From IMG/VR virus record IMGVR_UViG_3300028832_000125: a stretch of DNA of 64,000 nucleotides. The stretch is one strand, 5' to 3'. Positions 1 through 9,177 of the stretch are shown one piece after another. This DNA is from an uncultured virus (IMG/VR IMGVR_UViG_3300028832_000125). Taxonomy: Duplodnaviria > Heunggongvirae > Uroviricota > Caudoviricetes. The notes under the pieces were generated by a model. The model did no database searches, was not told where the DNA came from, and saw only the letters and a list, made by a program, of their open reading frames with translations. The translations under genes were made by a program, and so were the position numbers. Position 1 is the stretch's first letter. Every line of letters starts with the position of its first letter.

Positions 1-58
1 AAAGCAAACCGCTGAGTGCAATCAGAATAGTCAGTCTTTTCATAATCTTACTATATCC

Positions 59-121
59 TGCGGAGAGAACAGGATTCGAACCTGCGAGCCAGTTTTGCCG
101 GCTACACGCTTTCCAGACGCG
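59..121 (-). tRNA. 3' fragment of tRNA-Ser(GGA), probable prophage att site
   Basis: The minus strand reads ...CTGGAAA GCGTG TAGCCGGCAAAACTGGCT CGCAGGTTCGAATCCTG TTCTCTCCG: anticodon loop, long variable arm, T arm and acceptor 3' strand. No 5' acceptor strand or D arm is recognisable. Confidence 0.8.
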
Positions 122-254
122 CGTTATCTCCATTACAAACTGCTATGAGCCAATGAGTTAAGGAACCGTCACCGAGTCCGTTGCGGTGTATTTGCGGTTT
201 TTGCCCGATTACGGGCCACTCTCATCACAGAATTGCGTTCCATAAGCCTCAACT

Positions 255-365
255 GTTAAATTAAACTAATACTCAGAAATTTTCTGTATTTCTGTACAGA
301 TATTCCAGATTTTTTTACTACCTTTGCAGTAACATAATAAATATGTCAGTGCAAAGGTATATATT
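255..365. promoter_or_regulatory. Face-to-face promoter pair, second copy of the CI/Cro switch region
   Basis: TACCTTTG (+, 319) and CAAAGGTA (- strand -7 box, 352); TCTGTACAGA palindrome at 291; blocks shared with 4575-4690. Confidence 0.7.
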
Positions 366-451
366 TTATTCCAATGCGCAATGGGAAAAGGGCACAAAAG
401 ATGTGCTAAGAGCAATGATTTAACAATTTTAATTAGTTTAATTAGAAACGT

Positions 452-670
452 ATGAGAAAAGTAGCAAGAGAGTTGTGGCAACTCTGGAAAAGCCAGACTG
501 GTTGGAGCAACCAGACCACCTTACAGAAACTTATCTCCTGTTGGTGGAGTTTATCGTTTGCAGGATTGTGCCTCGGTGGCGGCATCATCGCCACCACAGC
601 CGTAGTTACTAACTTCGCGTGCGCCAGTTATTGCCTGGTGAAGTACGTGCCAGAACCAAAGGAGGATTGA
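452..670 (+). CDS. small membrane protein
   Basis: ORF with hydrophobic C-terminal half, first gene after the promoter. Confidence 0.6.
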   Translation: MRKVARELWQLWKSQTGWSNQTTLQKLISCWWSLSFAGLCLGGGIIATTAVVTNFACASYCLVKYVPEPKED

Positions 671-672
671 CT

Positions 673-1518
673 ATGAAGCCGAAAAACGTTAAGCTGTTCA
701 AGCAGTTCCTTGACTTCCGTGGCCTCGATAAGATGTTCAGAGGCTTGTATAAATCATACCGTTTCAACAACAACCCAGAGGATTTCGATGAGTATCTGGA
801 GCAGACCGATGCGTTCTACGTCATACCGCTTGCCTTCGATGCCAATAAGATTAAGGCAGAGAGCGACTTCAACGGTGATTTCTGGGCCTCTCTCAATAAG
901 AAGTGGTTGAAGTATATGAACGCACAGGCCAAGCACGGGTACTATAAGGATGAAATCATCGTCCCCAGAGTTCCCGTGAAGAATCCAGACGGCACCATCC
1001 ACAAGTCACCCGTTGCCGTCAACGAGCAGCCCGCGCCTCCCGTCATGCCAGAGCCGGAACCAGAGGAAACGGAAGAGGAAGTGACCGTCATAGACCATGA
1101 GTGGTCTGGCCTCGACCTCGCACCCGTCACCCTCGTAGGGAGAAAGAGCATGGAGACTCCCGGCCCTCTGGAGTTGAGGGTATGCACCACAAGCGGAAAC
1201 GTGGTCGTACTGAGCAACCACATCGCCCATCCCGTCATACAGTTCGGACTTGACACTATGGATATACAGGTTGACCGCAACACCAACCAACTTGTGCTGC
1301 TGTTCGGAAAGGGTCTTACCTACAACCTTCGCAAATACTCATCAGACCTGTATTCTGTCTCTCACAAGGCCATCATCGAGAACCTGTCTAAGTACGTAAA
1401 GACGAAGTTCAGCGAGAAAAAGGCATACTTCATCAAGGTCAAGGAAAAGGTGTGGAACAAAGACCATACCAAATGTGCGGTCATCGTCACCACTGACTAT
1501 ACCGAGAAAGAGAGGTAA
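673..1518 (+). CDS. hypothetical protein
   Basis: Long ORF in operon; ATG 673 preferred. Confidence 0.75.
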   Translation: MKPKNVKLFKQFLDFRGLDKMFRGLYKSYRFNNNPEDFDEYLEQTDAFYVIPLAFDANKIKAESDFNGDFWASLNKKWLKYMNAQAKHGYYKDEIIVPRVPVKNPDGTIHKSPVAVNEQPAPPVMPEPEPEETEEEVTVIDHEWSGLDLAPVTLVGRKSMETPGPLELRVCTTSGNVVVLSNHIAHPVIQFGLDTMDIQVDRNTNQLVLLFGKGLTYNLRKYSSDLYSVSHKAIIENLSKYVKTKFSEKKAYFIKVKEKVWNKDHTKCAVIVTTDYTEKER

Positions 1519-1520
1519 GC

Positions 1521-1748
1521 ATGGCAAATACGGTTATCCAGAAGAACGTGCTCGTTCTTGACATCATGCTCAACGGCTCATTCATCTGCCAGATGAAGAT
1601 GCCGCACTGCCCTCTGTTCCCCGTTGATGAGAGGGAGGTGAACAAATTCGTCACGGACAGGAAGCCAAGTCTCAAAGGCAAGGCTTTCAAGGTCGAGTTT
1701 TCCAATGCAGCCCCGTTGTTCAGGGGTGACGCTAACGTAATCCTCTGA
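1521..1748 (+). CDS. hypothetical protein
   Basis: Tightly packed ORF. Confidence 0.65.
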   Translation: MANTVIQKNVLVLDIMLNGSFICQMKMPHCPLFPVDEREVNKFVTDRKPSLKGKAFKVEFSNAAPLFRGDANVIL

Positions 1749-1751
1749 GTC

Positions 1752-2186
1752 ATGGCTATCACGGTGTTTGTTCTATTCGTGGCATACGCATTATGCTGTA
1801 TCGCTGACGGGCCGGACGTGAAGCCTGTCATCAAGAAACGTCTGGGAAAGTATCTGGAGGTGCAGGCAAACCGCCTGTACCCCATCCAGTACGTCCATCC
1901 CGTAATGCTCTCTGGGAATATCAAGAAAGTAAACAACGCCCTGCGTATCAATGAGCGTGAGGTCATGGAAGTCATGTTCCGCAGGGGCTGTACCTCTGAT
2001 GAGGCCAAGGCCGAGATTGTAAACATGGCTAAGAAGGAGTTGGCAGAGTCATACCCTGCCACACTCGTAAGGGAAGGGTTCATGACATTCGAGACGCATG
2101 AGAACTTCGATGGGGCCATATACGTGAAATCATGCCTGCATGTAGCAAATTTCAAGAGATATGAAGATACTGAGATTTTTCCGTAG
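1752..2186 (+). CDS. hypothetical protein with N-terminal hydrophobic segment
   Basis: ORF in operon. Confidence 0.6.
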   Translation: MAITVFVLFVAYALCCIADGPDVKPVIKKRLGKYLEVQANRLYPIQYVHPVMLSGNIKKVNNALRINEREVMEVMFRRGCTSDEAKAEIVNMAKKELAESYPATLVREGFMTFETHENFDGAIYVKSCLHVANFKRYEDTEIFP

Positions 2187-2616
2187 TACGTTCACAAGGA
2201 ACATTCTTGTCTGGAAGTTCTATACCTTCCGTGAGTTCTTTGAGAAAGGCGGCTATATCCATACGCTGATACCCGGCTCAGAGAATGACTATTACACGTA
2301 CCGCTCCTATGAGACGTTCGTCAATGACTACCCAGATAACATGTGGCGTGTGGGTGACAAGACCAGATATGTACTGGGCGAGTCGGAGGCCACACCAGAG
2401 AACGTCCCAGAACCTGGCTTCGTATGCCGTGTGCCGAAGCCAGTACCGAGGTATGAGAACGTGGCCATAGCCATCATCATCCTGGGACTGCTCATCGGAC
2501 TGGTTACGATGTTCTGCATCAGTAGCGTGGTCGGATTCCTCTATGTCGCTGCCGTCTCTACCGTCATCGGCATGCTCCTTTACCGCAACAGCATGAAAGT
2601 AATCATCAACAAATAA
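2161..2616 (+). CDS. membrane protein with two C-terminal TM segments
   Basis: Hydrophobic C-terminus. Confidence 0.65.
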   Translation: MKILRFFRSTFTRNILVWKFYTFREFFEKGGYIHTLIPGSENDYYTYRSYETFVNDYPDNMWRVGDKTRYVLGESEATPENVPEPGFVCRVPKPVPRYENVAIAIIILGLLIGLVTMFCISSVVGFLYVAAVSTVIGMLLYRNSMKVIINK

Positions 2617-2620
2617 AGTT

Positions 2621-2872
2621 ATGGCACAGCAACTTGACATGTTCGCCAATGACCCCACCCTTCGCGCAAGGGACAGCAAGGGAAGGTTTGCAACCCCAGA
2701 GAAGGCCATGTATGACAAGGCCATCGAGGAAAACAGGATGCTCCGTCTGCAGGTGGAGAAATTCAGACGCGCATGGTTGGCGGCAGGTGAAATGTCCTCA
2801 TTCTACCATCGTGCGCTCATCAAGGCAAAGGACGAACTAAAGGAGTTGCGCCAGAAAGCAGCATCACTATGA
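2621..2872 (+). CDS. hypothetical coiled-coil protein
   Basis: ATGA overlap with next gene; RDSKGRF motif. Confidence 0.65.
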   Translation: MAQQLDMFANDPTLRARDSKGRFATPEKAMYDKAIEENRMLRLQVEKFRRAWLAAGEMSSFYHRALIKAKDELKELRQKAASL

Positions 2873-3069
2873 TTACGTGTGACGAACCACAGGTTACGGC
2901 CAACAGCCGCTACAGCATAGGCCAGACGTGTTCCATCCTCTGCATCAGCAGGAAGACACTGGCCAAGTACACTAACGCCGGGCTGATCCAGTGCGGGTAC
3001 CGCAAGCCCACTCTGAGGAAGTTCTATACAGGCGTTGACATTCTGAGATTCTGGAGAGCAAAAGTATAA
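2869..3069 (+). CDS. excisionase-like helix-turn-helix protein
   Basis: 66 aa MerR/Xis-type HTH (YSIGQTCSILCISRKTL...FYTGVDI). Confidence 0.7.
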   Translation: MITCDEPQVTANSRYSIGQTCSILCISRKTLAKYTNAGLIQCGYRKPTLRKFYTGVDILRFWRAKV

Positions 3070-3095
3070 CCTTCGCTTCTTTGTGTTTTCTTGCC

Positions 3096-3132
3096 AACGT
3101 CCGCTGTCAGCAATGACGGTGGGCGTTTTTTT
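3096..3132 (+). terminator. intrinsic terminator
   Basis: AACGTCCGCTGTCA-GCAA-TGACGGTGGGCGTT hairpin followed by a T run. Confidence 0.8.
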
Positions 3133-3144
3133 ATTGAACAAATA

Positions 3145-3430
3145 CCAATCAACCAACAAACAACCAACGAAAAAGCCTTTATTTATCTGGTTTTTTCTCA
3201 TGTACGTGTGAAAAATCAACCAACAGAATAACCAACAAATAACCAACAAACAACCACATCTAAAGAAAGTAAAGAATATATATATTTGTATTTAGGTTTA
3301 ACAACCTAAATACCTCACTCTTATTATGTACGCGCGTTCGAAAAAGGTTATTTTGGTGGCCTATGAGGCATTCCGGCAGGCCAGACCATAAACCACCAAC
3401 CAACCAACAGAAAAAGGCAACCAACAGGCA
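3145..3430. repeat. AACCAAC iteron-like array with AT-rich tract and 11-bp inverted repeat; candidate replication origin
   Basis: About 8 AACCAAC copies; GTATTTAGGTT-taac-AACCTAAATAC at 3288-3313. Confidence 0.6.
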
Positions 3431-3447
3431 AACAGGCACGAAATAGG

Positions 3448-3837
3448 CTACCTCTGTCTTCGGTACTTCAATATATAGTTATCCTCACCGAAGCCATATT
3501 CCCTAAGATACATGATGTCCGTACCGTCAAACGAGAGATTATAGGTCTTGTAACCGTCAAGGGTGAGGTACAGGTCATCCACGGTGTAAGGGCCGGAGGT
3601 CGGTGTCTGGGGTGACTTCTGGGAAACCCTTGTATAGGTGTCCTGGGTGAAGGTGAGCGTTTCCGTTTCATCCACATCTATGAACTTGGTATAGTCCTTT
3701 GAGGTGGCATACTCATACAGAACCCATGTCCCGATGATGAGTTGTCTCTTCGTGGGTGCGGGTTCGGCGGGGTCATCATCACCGCCGCAGGAGAAAAACA
3801 GTGGCACTATGGCCAGAAAGAAAAACAGTCTCTTCAT
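3448..3837 (-). CDS. lipoprotein, lipocalin-like
   Basis: MKRLFFFLAIVPLFFS-C lipobox signal; IIGTW motif. Confidence 0.75.
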   Translation of the reverse strand: MKRLFFFLAIVPLFFSCGGDDDPAEPAPTKRQLIIGTWVLYEYATSKDYTKFIDVDETETLTFTQDTYTRVSQKSPQTPTSGPYTVDDLYLTLDGYKTYNLSFDGTDIMYLREYGFGEDNYILKYRRQR

Positions 3838-4109
3838 ATCGTTGTTGAATCTTTGAACATAGTACCCGTTCCGCAAAGGAGCCATTCAGCGGAAATGTTG
3901 TAGTCCCTTACGAGGAAGGCGAGGCATTCCGATTTGAGCACGCGTTTCTCCGGCTCCTGTCTTAGGGTGCTCATGTTCCAGTAGTTGAGGCCGTATCTCT
4001 CGGTGATGGTTCTGAGACCCCTAATCCTTCTTTGGGCCTGCAAGGTGTCGAGTGCCAGGAAAAAGCGCTTGGTGATATTCACACCCTCTGGAGAAATCTT
4101 TATAATCAT
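3834..4109 (-). CDS. XRE-like HTH protein
   Basis: YNISAEWLLCGTG C-terminal HTH signature. Confidence 0.7.
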   Translation of the reverse strand: MIIKISPEGVNITKRFFLALDTLQAQRRIRGLRTITERYGLNYWNMSTLRQEPEKRVLKSECLAFLVRDYNISAEWLLCGTGTMFKDSTTI

Positions 4110-4146
4110 AGGTGGTAGTATTTGCCGTTGATGTATATAAGGTAAA

Positions 4147-4572
4147 TTACATTGCATCTTTTTGAATAGAGCCAGAAGGAGTCCCGGCCCTGTCGGCCAG
4201 AACCTCGAAACAGCGTCTGAGGTGTGCAAGTTCCTCTCTGAGTGACCTCAGTTCCTCATCCTTGGCCGCATTCAACTCAATGAGACGGTTTATGATTGTT
4301 AGGCTGTCTGGAGTCATTACAGATTCTTTCTGTTCCGGCAGACCTATCTCTGTAGCAATCATCTGACCGTTCCCGGTCAGCAGCCAGTCATAGTCATACA
4401 GAGGCTTGGCATTCTTGATTCTGGTTGCCATCTTCTGCGTGATACTCTTCGCCTTACCATTCATTATATCATAAATGGCCTGCGGACGGTTCAAACCGAT
4501 GTCCTTTGCCAACTGAGCGGGTGTGATTCCCTCGTTTTTCAGTATGGCCGCGATGACTTCTGATGCACTCAT
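4147..4572 (-). CDS. CI-like XRE repressor
   Basis: N-terminal HTH (TPAQLAKDIGL...YDWLLTGNGQM), divergent from a Cro-like gene. Confidence 0.85.
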   Translation of the reverse strand: MSASEVIAAILKNEGITPAQLAKDIGLNRPQAIYDIMNGKAKSITQKMATRIKNAKPLYDYDWLLTGNGQMIATEIGLPEQKESVMTPDSLTIINRLIELNAAKDEELRSLREELAHLRRCFEVLADRAGTPSGSIQKDAM

Positions 4573-4574
4573 AC

Positions 4575-4690
4575 GTTAAATAATTTTAATATACAGAACT
4601 TTTCTTGTTTATCTGTACAGAAATACAGAAATTATTCTTACCTTTGCAGTGGAATATTAAATATGTCAGTGCAAAAGTAATTAAAATTAG
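4575..4690. promoter_or_regulatory. CI/Cro switch with opposed promoters and TACAGA-type operator repeats
   Basis: TACCTTTG (+, 4639), CAAAAGTA (- strand -7 box, 4672), TCTGTACAGA at 4612. Confidence 0.75.
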
Positions 4691-4694
4691 TCAA

Positions 4695-4934
4695 ATGGCA
4701 AATAAAAAATTGGAAAATCCGCAAAAAATGACCCTCAAGGGCTATTATCAGAATCTTCCAGATGCCACGCATCCGAAGACTGAGTTTGTGAATCGCATCA
4801 TGGTCGAGTGCGGAGTTTCGTTCACCACTGCCAGAAACTGGGTGGTAGGGATAACGAAGCCGTTCAAGCCTGAGCACGTCCAGAAGTTGTCGGAAATGAC
4901 AGGTATTCCCGCTGATGAGTTATGGAGCAATTAG
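4695..4934 (+). CDS. Cro-like HTH protein
   Basis: Short HTH (CGVSFTTARNW...LSEMTGIPADELW) divergent from the repressor. Confidence 0.8.
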   Translation: MANKKLENPQKMTLKGYYQNLPDATHPKTEFVNRIMVECGVSFTTARNWVVGITKPFKPEHVQKLSEMTGIPADELWSN

Positions 4935-5473
4935 AGTTCTACATCTACGAGCAGGAGTTATGGTGCAGGCGAGCCGATGGCCGTAACGAGGTGGTGACTG
5001 AACATGACACTGAGTTGGTTCAGCCCCTTCTGGAACGGATTAGGGAGCAGTACCCAGAGGCGTACAAGGCTCTTGAAAAGGAATACCAGAAGGTTTCCAT
5101 CTACGTTCCGCGCTACCAGTTCCTCATCGTTCGGAGGTTCTGCAAGTGCAACTTCGGCAGACTTGACACCACGAAGATGGACGTTGACGGGTCTGGAGCA
5201 TTCAACTTCGAGAAGGTTGAGTGTCCGCTTAGAGGTGAGTGCAGGTATGAGGGAAAAATCTGCTTCCCTAAGTTCAACACAAGGTTATCAGACGCGGAAC
5301 TGCGTGTGATGAGGCTTGTCTATGACGGAGTTAGCAAGGATGACATCGCCGAAAGGCTGTATCTCTCGCCTAACACCGTAAAGAACCACATCAAGTCGGT
5401 GTACTGCAAACTTGGCATCCATGAGAAATCCGAGTTTATCCAGTATGCCAACAGGAATCATCTTTTTAGTTAA
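4922..5473 (+). CDS. LuxR-family HTH regulator
   Basis: C-terminal LSDAELRVMRL...IAERLYLSPNTVKNHIKSVYCKLG. Confidence 0.85.
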   Translation: MEQLEFYIYEQELWCRRADGRNEVVTEHDTELVQPLLERIREQYPEAYKALEKEYQKVSIYVPRYQFLIVRRFCKCNFGRLDTTKMDVDGSGAFNFEKVECPLRGECRYEGKICFPKFNTRLSDAELRVMRLVYDGVSKDDIAERLYLSPNTVKNHIKSVYCKLGIHEKSEFIQYANRNHLFS

Positions 5474-5506
5474 ATTATATGTTTCACTTATTAAACACTA
5501 AGAGCA

Positions 5507-6457
5507 ATGGGATTGATTAAGAAAAGTAACGAAATCGCTATTCAGCGAAATGTGAAGATGATGGTTTACGGCCAGGCAGGTATGGGTAAGACTACCCTCG
5601 CCCTCTCTGCGCCCAACCCTCTGTTGCTTGACTTCGACAACGGAGTTAAGCGAGTGAACAACGCGCATCTGGGAGATAACGTTGGTATCGTCCAGATTTC
5701 CAACTGGCAGGAGGTCGTGACTCTGCTCACCACTGAGGCGGCAGAACTTGCGCCCTTCGGAACTATCGTTGTTGATACCATCGGTAAGATGATGGACTTC
5801 ATCATCACATACCGTTGCGGTGGTCGCAATCCTCGCATGCAGGACTGGGGAACCATCAACAGTGATTTCAAGTGGTTTGTGGGTGCTCTCTCCAATCTGG
5901 GAAAGCACATCATCTTCGTGGCACACAGGGACACCAGAAAGGAGGGTGATGATACCGTCTTCGTTCCGGCCCTGCGTGAGAAGTCGTACAACTCCATCGT
6001 GACGGAGTTAGACCTTCTGGGCTATCTGGAAATGAAGAATGAGAACGGACTGCAGAAGCGTTCCATCACATTCGACCCCACCTCCCGCAATGACGGTAAG
6101 AACACCTGTCAACTGCCTGGAGTGATGTTCATCCAGAACATTCTCGACCAGAACGGACAGCCTACTGGAGCCAATGACTTCATCGAGAAGCAAATCATCG
6201 CCAAGTACCAGGGTATGATAGCAGTCAAGGAAAAGGCTGCACAGGATTACCAGAAGGCACTTGAAGAGATTAAGATGGGAGTGGAGCAGATTACCGATGC
6301 ACAGGGAGCCAACCACTTCATCGCTCATATCAAGGATTATGCGAACCTCGGTAACAGCATCATCATCTTCGCAAGAGACCTGTTCAGTAAGAAGGCCAAG
6401 GCCCTCAACTTGAAGTATAACAAGGAGTCAAAGCAGTACGAGGATGCAGCAGCTTAA
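5507..6457 (+). CDS. AAA ATPase, Sak4-like recombination protein
   Basis: Walker A GQAGMGKT, Walker B IVVD; located in recombination module. Confidence 0.8.
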   Translation: MGLIKKSNEIAIQRNVKMMVYGQAGMGKTTLALSAPNPLLLDFDNGVKRVNNAHLGDNVGIVQISNWQEVVTLLTTEAAELAPFGTIVVDTIGKMMDFIITYRCGGRNPRMQDWGTINSDFKWFVGALSNLGKHIIFVAHRDTRKEGDDTVFVPALREKSYNSIVTELDLLGYLEMKNENGLQKRSITFDPTSRNDGKNTCQLPGVMFIQNILDQNGQPTGANDFIEKQIIAKYQGMIAVKEKAAQDYQKALEEIKMGVEQITDAQGANHFIAHIKDYANLGNSIIIFARDLFSKKAKALNLKYNKESKQYEDAAA

Positions 6458-7205
6458 CTTCAAGTTCTATGCTACACTGCTCGATTCGTATTCCACGTAT
6501 CTGAACAGTGATTCTATCTGGGAGAGGTATTGGGGCCATTCTGAGGAACCGCCCCACTCCCCAGAGGAATTTAAGCAAAAGCAGTTCCAGTCACTCATTG
6601 ACAGGATAAACCGTGTGCCTTTCGATAGTTACAGGGCAGACAGGGGTACGGCCTTCAATGAGGTTATCGACTGCATGATACTGCATAAGAACTCCAAAAA
6701 GGTTAAGGTGCAGAGAGTGCGCGATAATAGCGGAACCGTGACGGGGCTTAACGCCGCCTACAACGGCAAGACCTTCTATTTCCCTCTGGGAATGTGCAGG
6801 GATTTTGCCGACTACTATCAAGGGGCACTGCCTCAGCAGTATATCCAAGCGATACTGCCGACGATATTCGGTGACGTTCTGCTGTATGGGTACATGGACT
6901 ATGTGAAGCCCTTCTGTACCCATGACCTAAAGACCACTGAACAGTATGCCGTAGGAAACTATAGGAACCACTGGCAGCACATGGTCTATCCCTACGCGCT
7001 GATGAAGAATGGCTGCAACGTCTTCGACTTCGAGTATAACATCTGCGAAATCGGCAAGACGTTCTACCGTACCTACACAGAAAGTTATTCATTTGTGCCG
7101 GAGCGTGACATCCCACGGCTGACACAGCACTGTGAGGACTTCATCAGATTCCTACAGGAAAACCGTGAGTTAATCACAGACAGAAAGATTTTCAACTTTA
7201 AGTAA
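6444..7205 (+). CDS. PD-(D/E)XK exonuclease
   Basis: GTAFNE...GYMD...DLKTT...QHMVY motifs. Confidence 0.7.
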   Translation: MQQLNFKFYATLLDSYSTYLNSDSIWERYWGHSEEPPHSPEEFKQKQFQSLIDRINRVPFDSYRADRGTAFNEVIDCMILHKNSKKVKVQRVRDNSGTVTGLNAAYNGKTFYFPLGMCRDFADYYQGALPQQYIQAILPTIFGDVLLYGYMDYVKPFCTHDLKTTEQYAVGNYRNHWQHMVYPYALMKNGCNVFDFEYNICEIGKTFYRTYTESYSFVPERDIPRLTQHCEDFIRFLQENRELITDRKIFNFK

Positions 7206-7210
7206 TTATT

Positions 7211-8209
7211 ATGAATCCAGAAGAGAATAATATGCCAGTCCCAGTAGTGGAACTGGAGGCCAGTCAGTTAGAACTGGTCGTTAGTGAGAAGACCATCGGT
7301 AGCCTCACCACCAACGCCAAACAGATTCGTGAACTGGTGCAGCAGGCGTTACCGAAGTACGACATTTCCAACTACTCATCCGATGACATTGCCAAGGCCA
7401 AGGCTGACAAGGCCCTGCTTAACAAGGCATCGAAGACACTCAATGACAAGCGCATTGAGTTTGAACGTGAGTTCATGGCTCCGTTCGGGGAGTTCAAGAA
7501 TGTTGTTACTGAGACTGTCGGACTCATCAAGGAGGCCGTTTCAAAGATTGATGTTGTCATCAAGCAGGATGAGCAGCGTGCCAAGGATGAGAAGACCAAC
7601 AGTATCAAGGCTCTGGATGAGGTGGCACAACTGGAGGCCATCGGCATCAGCATCGAAAGGGTATGGAATGACAAGTGGCTCAACAAGTCAACGTCTTTGA
7701 AGGCCGTGGCCAAGGAGATTAGCGAGAAGATAGTCACTATCACGTCAGAAATGGAAACGTTGAAGTCATTCGCCGAGGATTACGATGTCCTGGTTGTCCG
7801 CTATAAGGAGAATCTGAACCTGCAAGATACCGTCCGCTACGCCAACCAACTGAAAGAACAGCGGGAGGCATCCAAGGCACAGGCCGAAGACAGGGAAGAG
7901 CAGAAGGCCGCGGCAGAAGCCTCAGCCGCTCCCCAGACTGAGCAGCAGGCAGAGGCCAAGCCCGCCGATGTCAAGACGCAGGAGCCGGAACCACAGGCCG
8001 AAGAGTCAAGTCACCATGACATAGACCAGTCCGAGGCTGATGCCGCAGATGCCTTTGCCGACATCATGGGCCAGTCTGCAGGAATGCCGAAGAGTGCAGC
8101 CGTCTGCACCAGACTCTATGAGATTAACGCCACCGATGATAAGTTCAAGGAGTTGGAGGCGTTTATGGATAATCTGGGTATCACCTATTCTAACCGTGAC
8201 AGAGTATGA
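7211..8209 (+). CDS. DUF1351-like protein
   Basis: KADKALLNK...FMAPF and WNDKWLNKS motifs. Confidence 0.7.
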   Translation: MNPEENNMPVPVVELEASQLELVVSEKTIGSLTTNAKQIRELVQQALPKYDISNYSSDDIAKAKADKALLNKASKTLNDKRIEFEREFMAPFGEFKNVVTETVGLIKEAVSKIDVVIKQDEQRAKDEKTNSIKALDEVAQLEAIGISIERVWNDKWLNKSTSLKAVAKEISEKIVTITSEMETLKSFAEDYDVLVVRYKENLNLQDTVRYANQLKEQREASKAQAEDREEQKAAAEASAAPQTEQQAEAKPADVKTQEPEPQAEESSHHDIDQSEADAADAFADIMGQSAGMPKSAAVCTRLYEINATDDKFKELEAFMDNLGITYSNRDRV

Positions 8210-8709
8210 AGAATCTGAAGAATCAGCAGACAGGCCGAATCCTCATAATCGGCCAGACGTATCAGGTTCCGAGCAACACGCCGGGGGCACAGCCTTTCTA
8301 TAAGAGGGAGTTGGTGTTGGATGCAAGCCGTTTCGACTCCATCACGGGCCAGAAGTTCGAGAACTATCCAAAGTTTGAGTTCATCAACCAGAAGTGCAGT
8401 CTTTTAGACCAGTTCCAAGTCGGCCAACTTGTAACAGTCTCTTTCGCCCTCTCTGGGAGAAAGTCGGAGAAAGACGGACAGGTAGGATATTTCACCAACG
8501 TCACGGGATATGAGATTGTACCCTATCAGAGACAGGGTACACAGCCTGCCGCTCAGACTCAACAGGTCATGCAGCCACAGGCACCCGTGCAGGCGGCTCC
8601 GTTCCCTGCTACCGCCCCCACTGGAGTACAGGCACAGCAGCCATTCCCTCCCGCAGTTGATGAGAACGGCAACCCCATCGGTGGTGGCCCGGATGACTTA
8701 CCATTCTAA
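8206..8709 (+). CDS. single-stranded DNA-binding protein (DUF3127-like)
   Basis: OB-like N-terminus, Q/P-rich linker, DDLPF tail. Confidence 0.8.
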   Translation: MKNLKNQQTGRILIIGQTYQVPSNTPGAQPFYKRELVLDASRFDSITGQKFENYPKFEFINQKCSLLDQFQVGQLVTVSFALSGRKSEKDGQVGYFTNVTGYEIVPYQRQGTQPAAQTQQVMQPQAPVQAAPFPATAPTGVQAQQPFPPAVDENGNPIGGGPDDLPF

Positions 8710-8721
8710 AGAGTACGGAAG

Positions 8722-9162
8722 ATGCCTTTATACAACTTGAAGAATCCGTATGACAGAAACAAGTTCAATGACAGGGTGAAGTCTCTGTTGCTGAAACAGG
8801 AGTATGTGGAACTGACTGTTAAGCACACAAAGCGCACCCTGGCACAGAACTCATACCTGCATCTGCTACTCGGTTTCTTCGCAAGCGAGTTCGGGTACAC
8901 TCTGGAAGAGGTGAAGTTTGACATCTTCAAAAAACACTGCAACCCCGACATCTTCATCCGCAAGCGCAGGAATAAGCGTGGCATGGAGGTTAGGTACGTG
9001 CGCAGCAGTACGGAGTTAGACACTGCGGAAATGACACGGGCAATCGAGCGTTTCCGAAACTACAGCAGCGCACAGTGCGGTCTCTACCTCCCAGAGCCGA
9101 ACGAGCATGAGGCCATCTTCTTTGCTCAACAGCAGATAGACCAATACAAGGATTTCGTATAA
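8722..9162 (+). CDS. NinB-like protein
   Basis: RTLAQNSYLH and SSTELDTAEM motifs. Confidence 0.65.
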   Translation: MPLYNLKNPYDRNKFNDRVKSLLLKQEYVELTVKHTKRTLAQNSYLHLLLGFFASEFGYTLEEVKFDIFKKHCNPDIFIRKRRNKRGMEVRYVRSSTELDTAEMTRAIERFRNYSSAQCGLYLPEPNEHEAIFFAQQQIDQYKDFV

Positions 9163-9177
9163 TTAAAACCAGTTATT

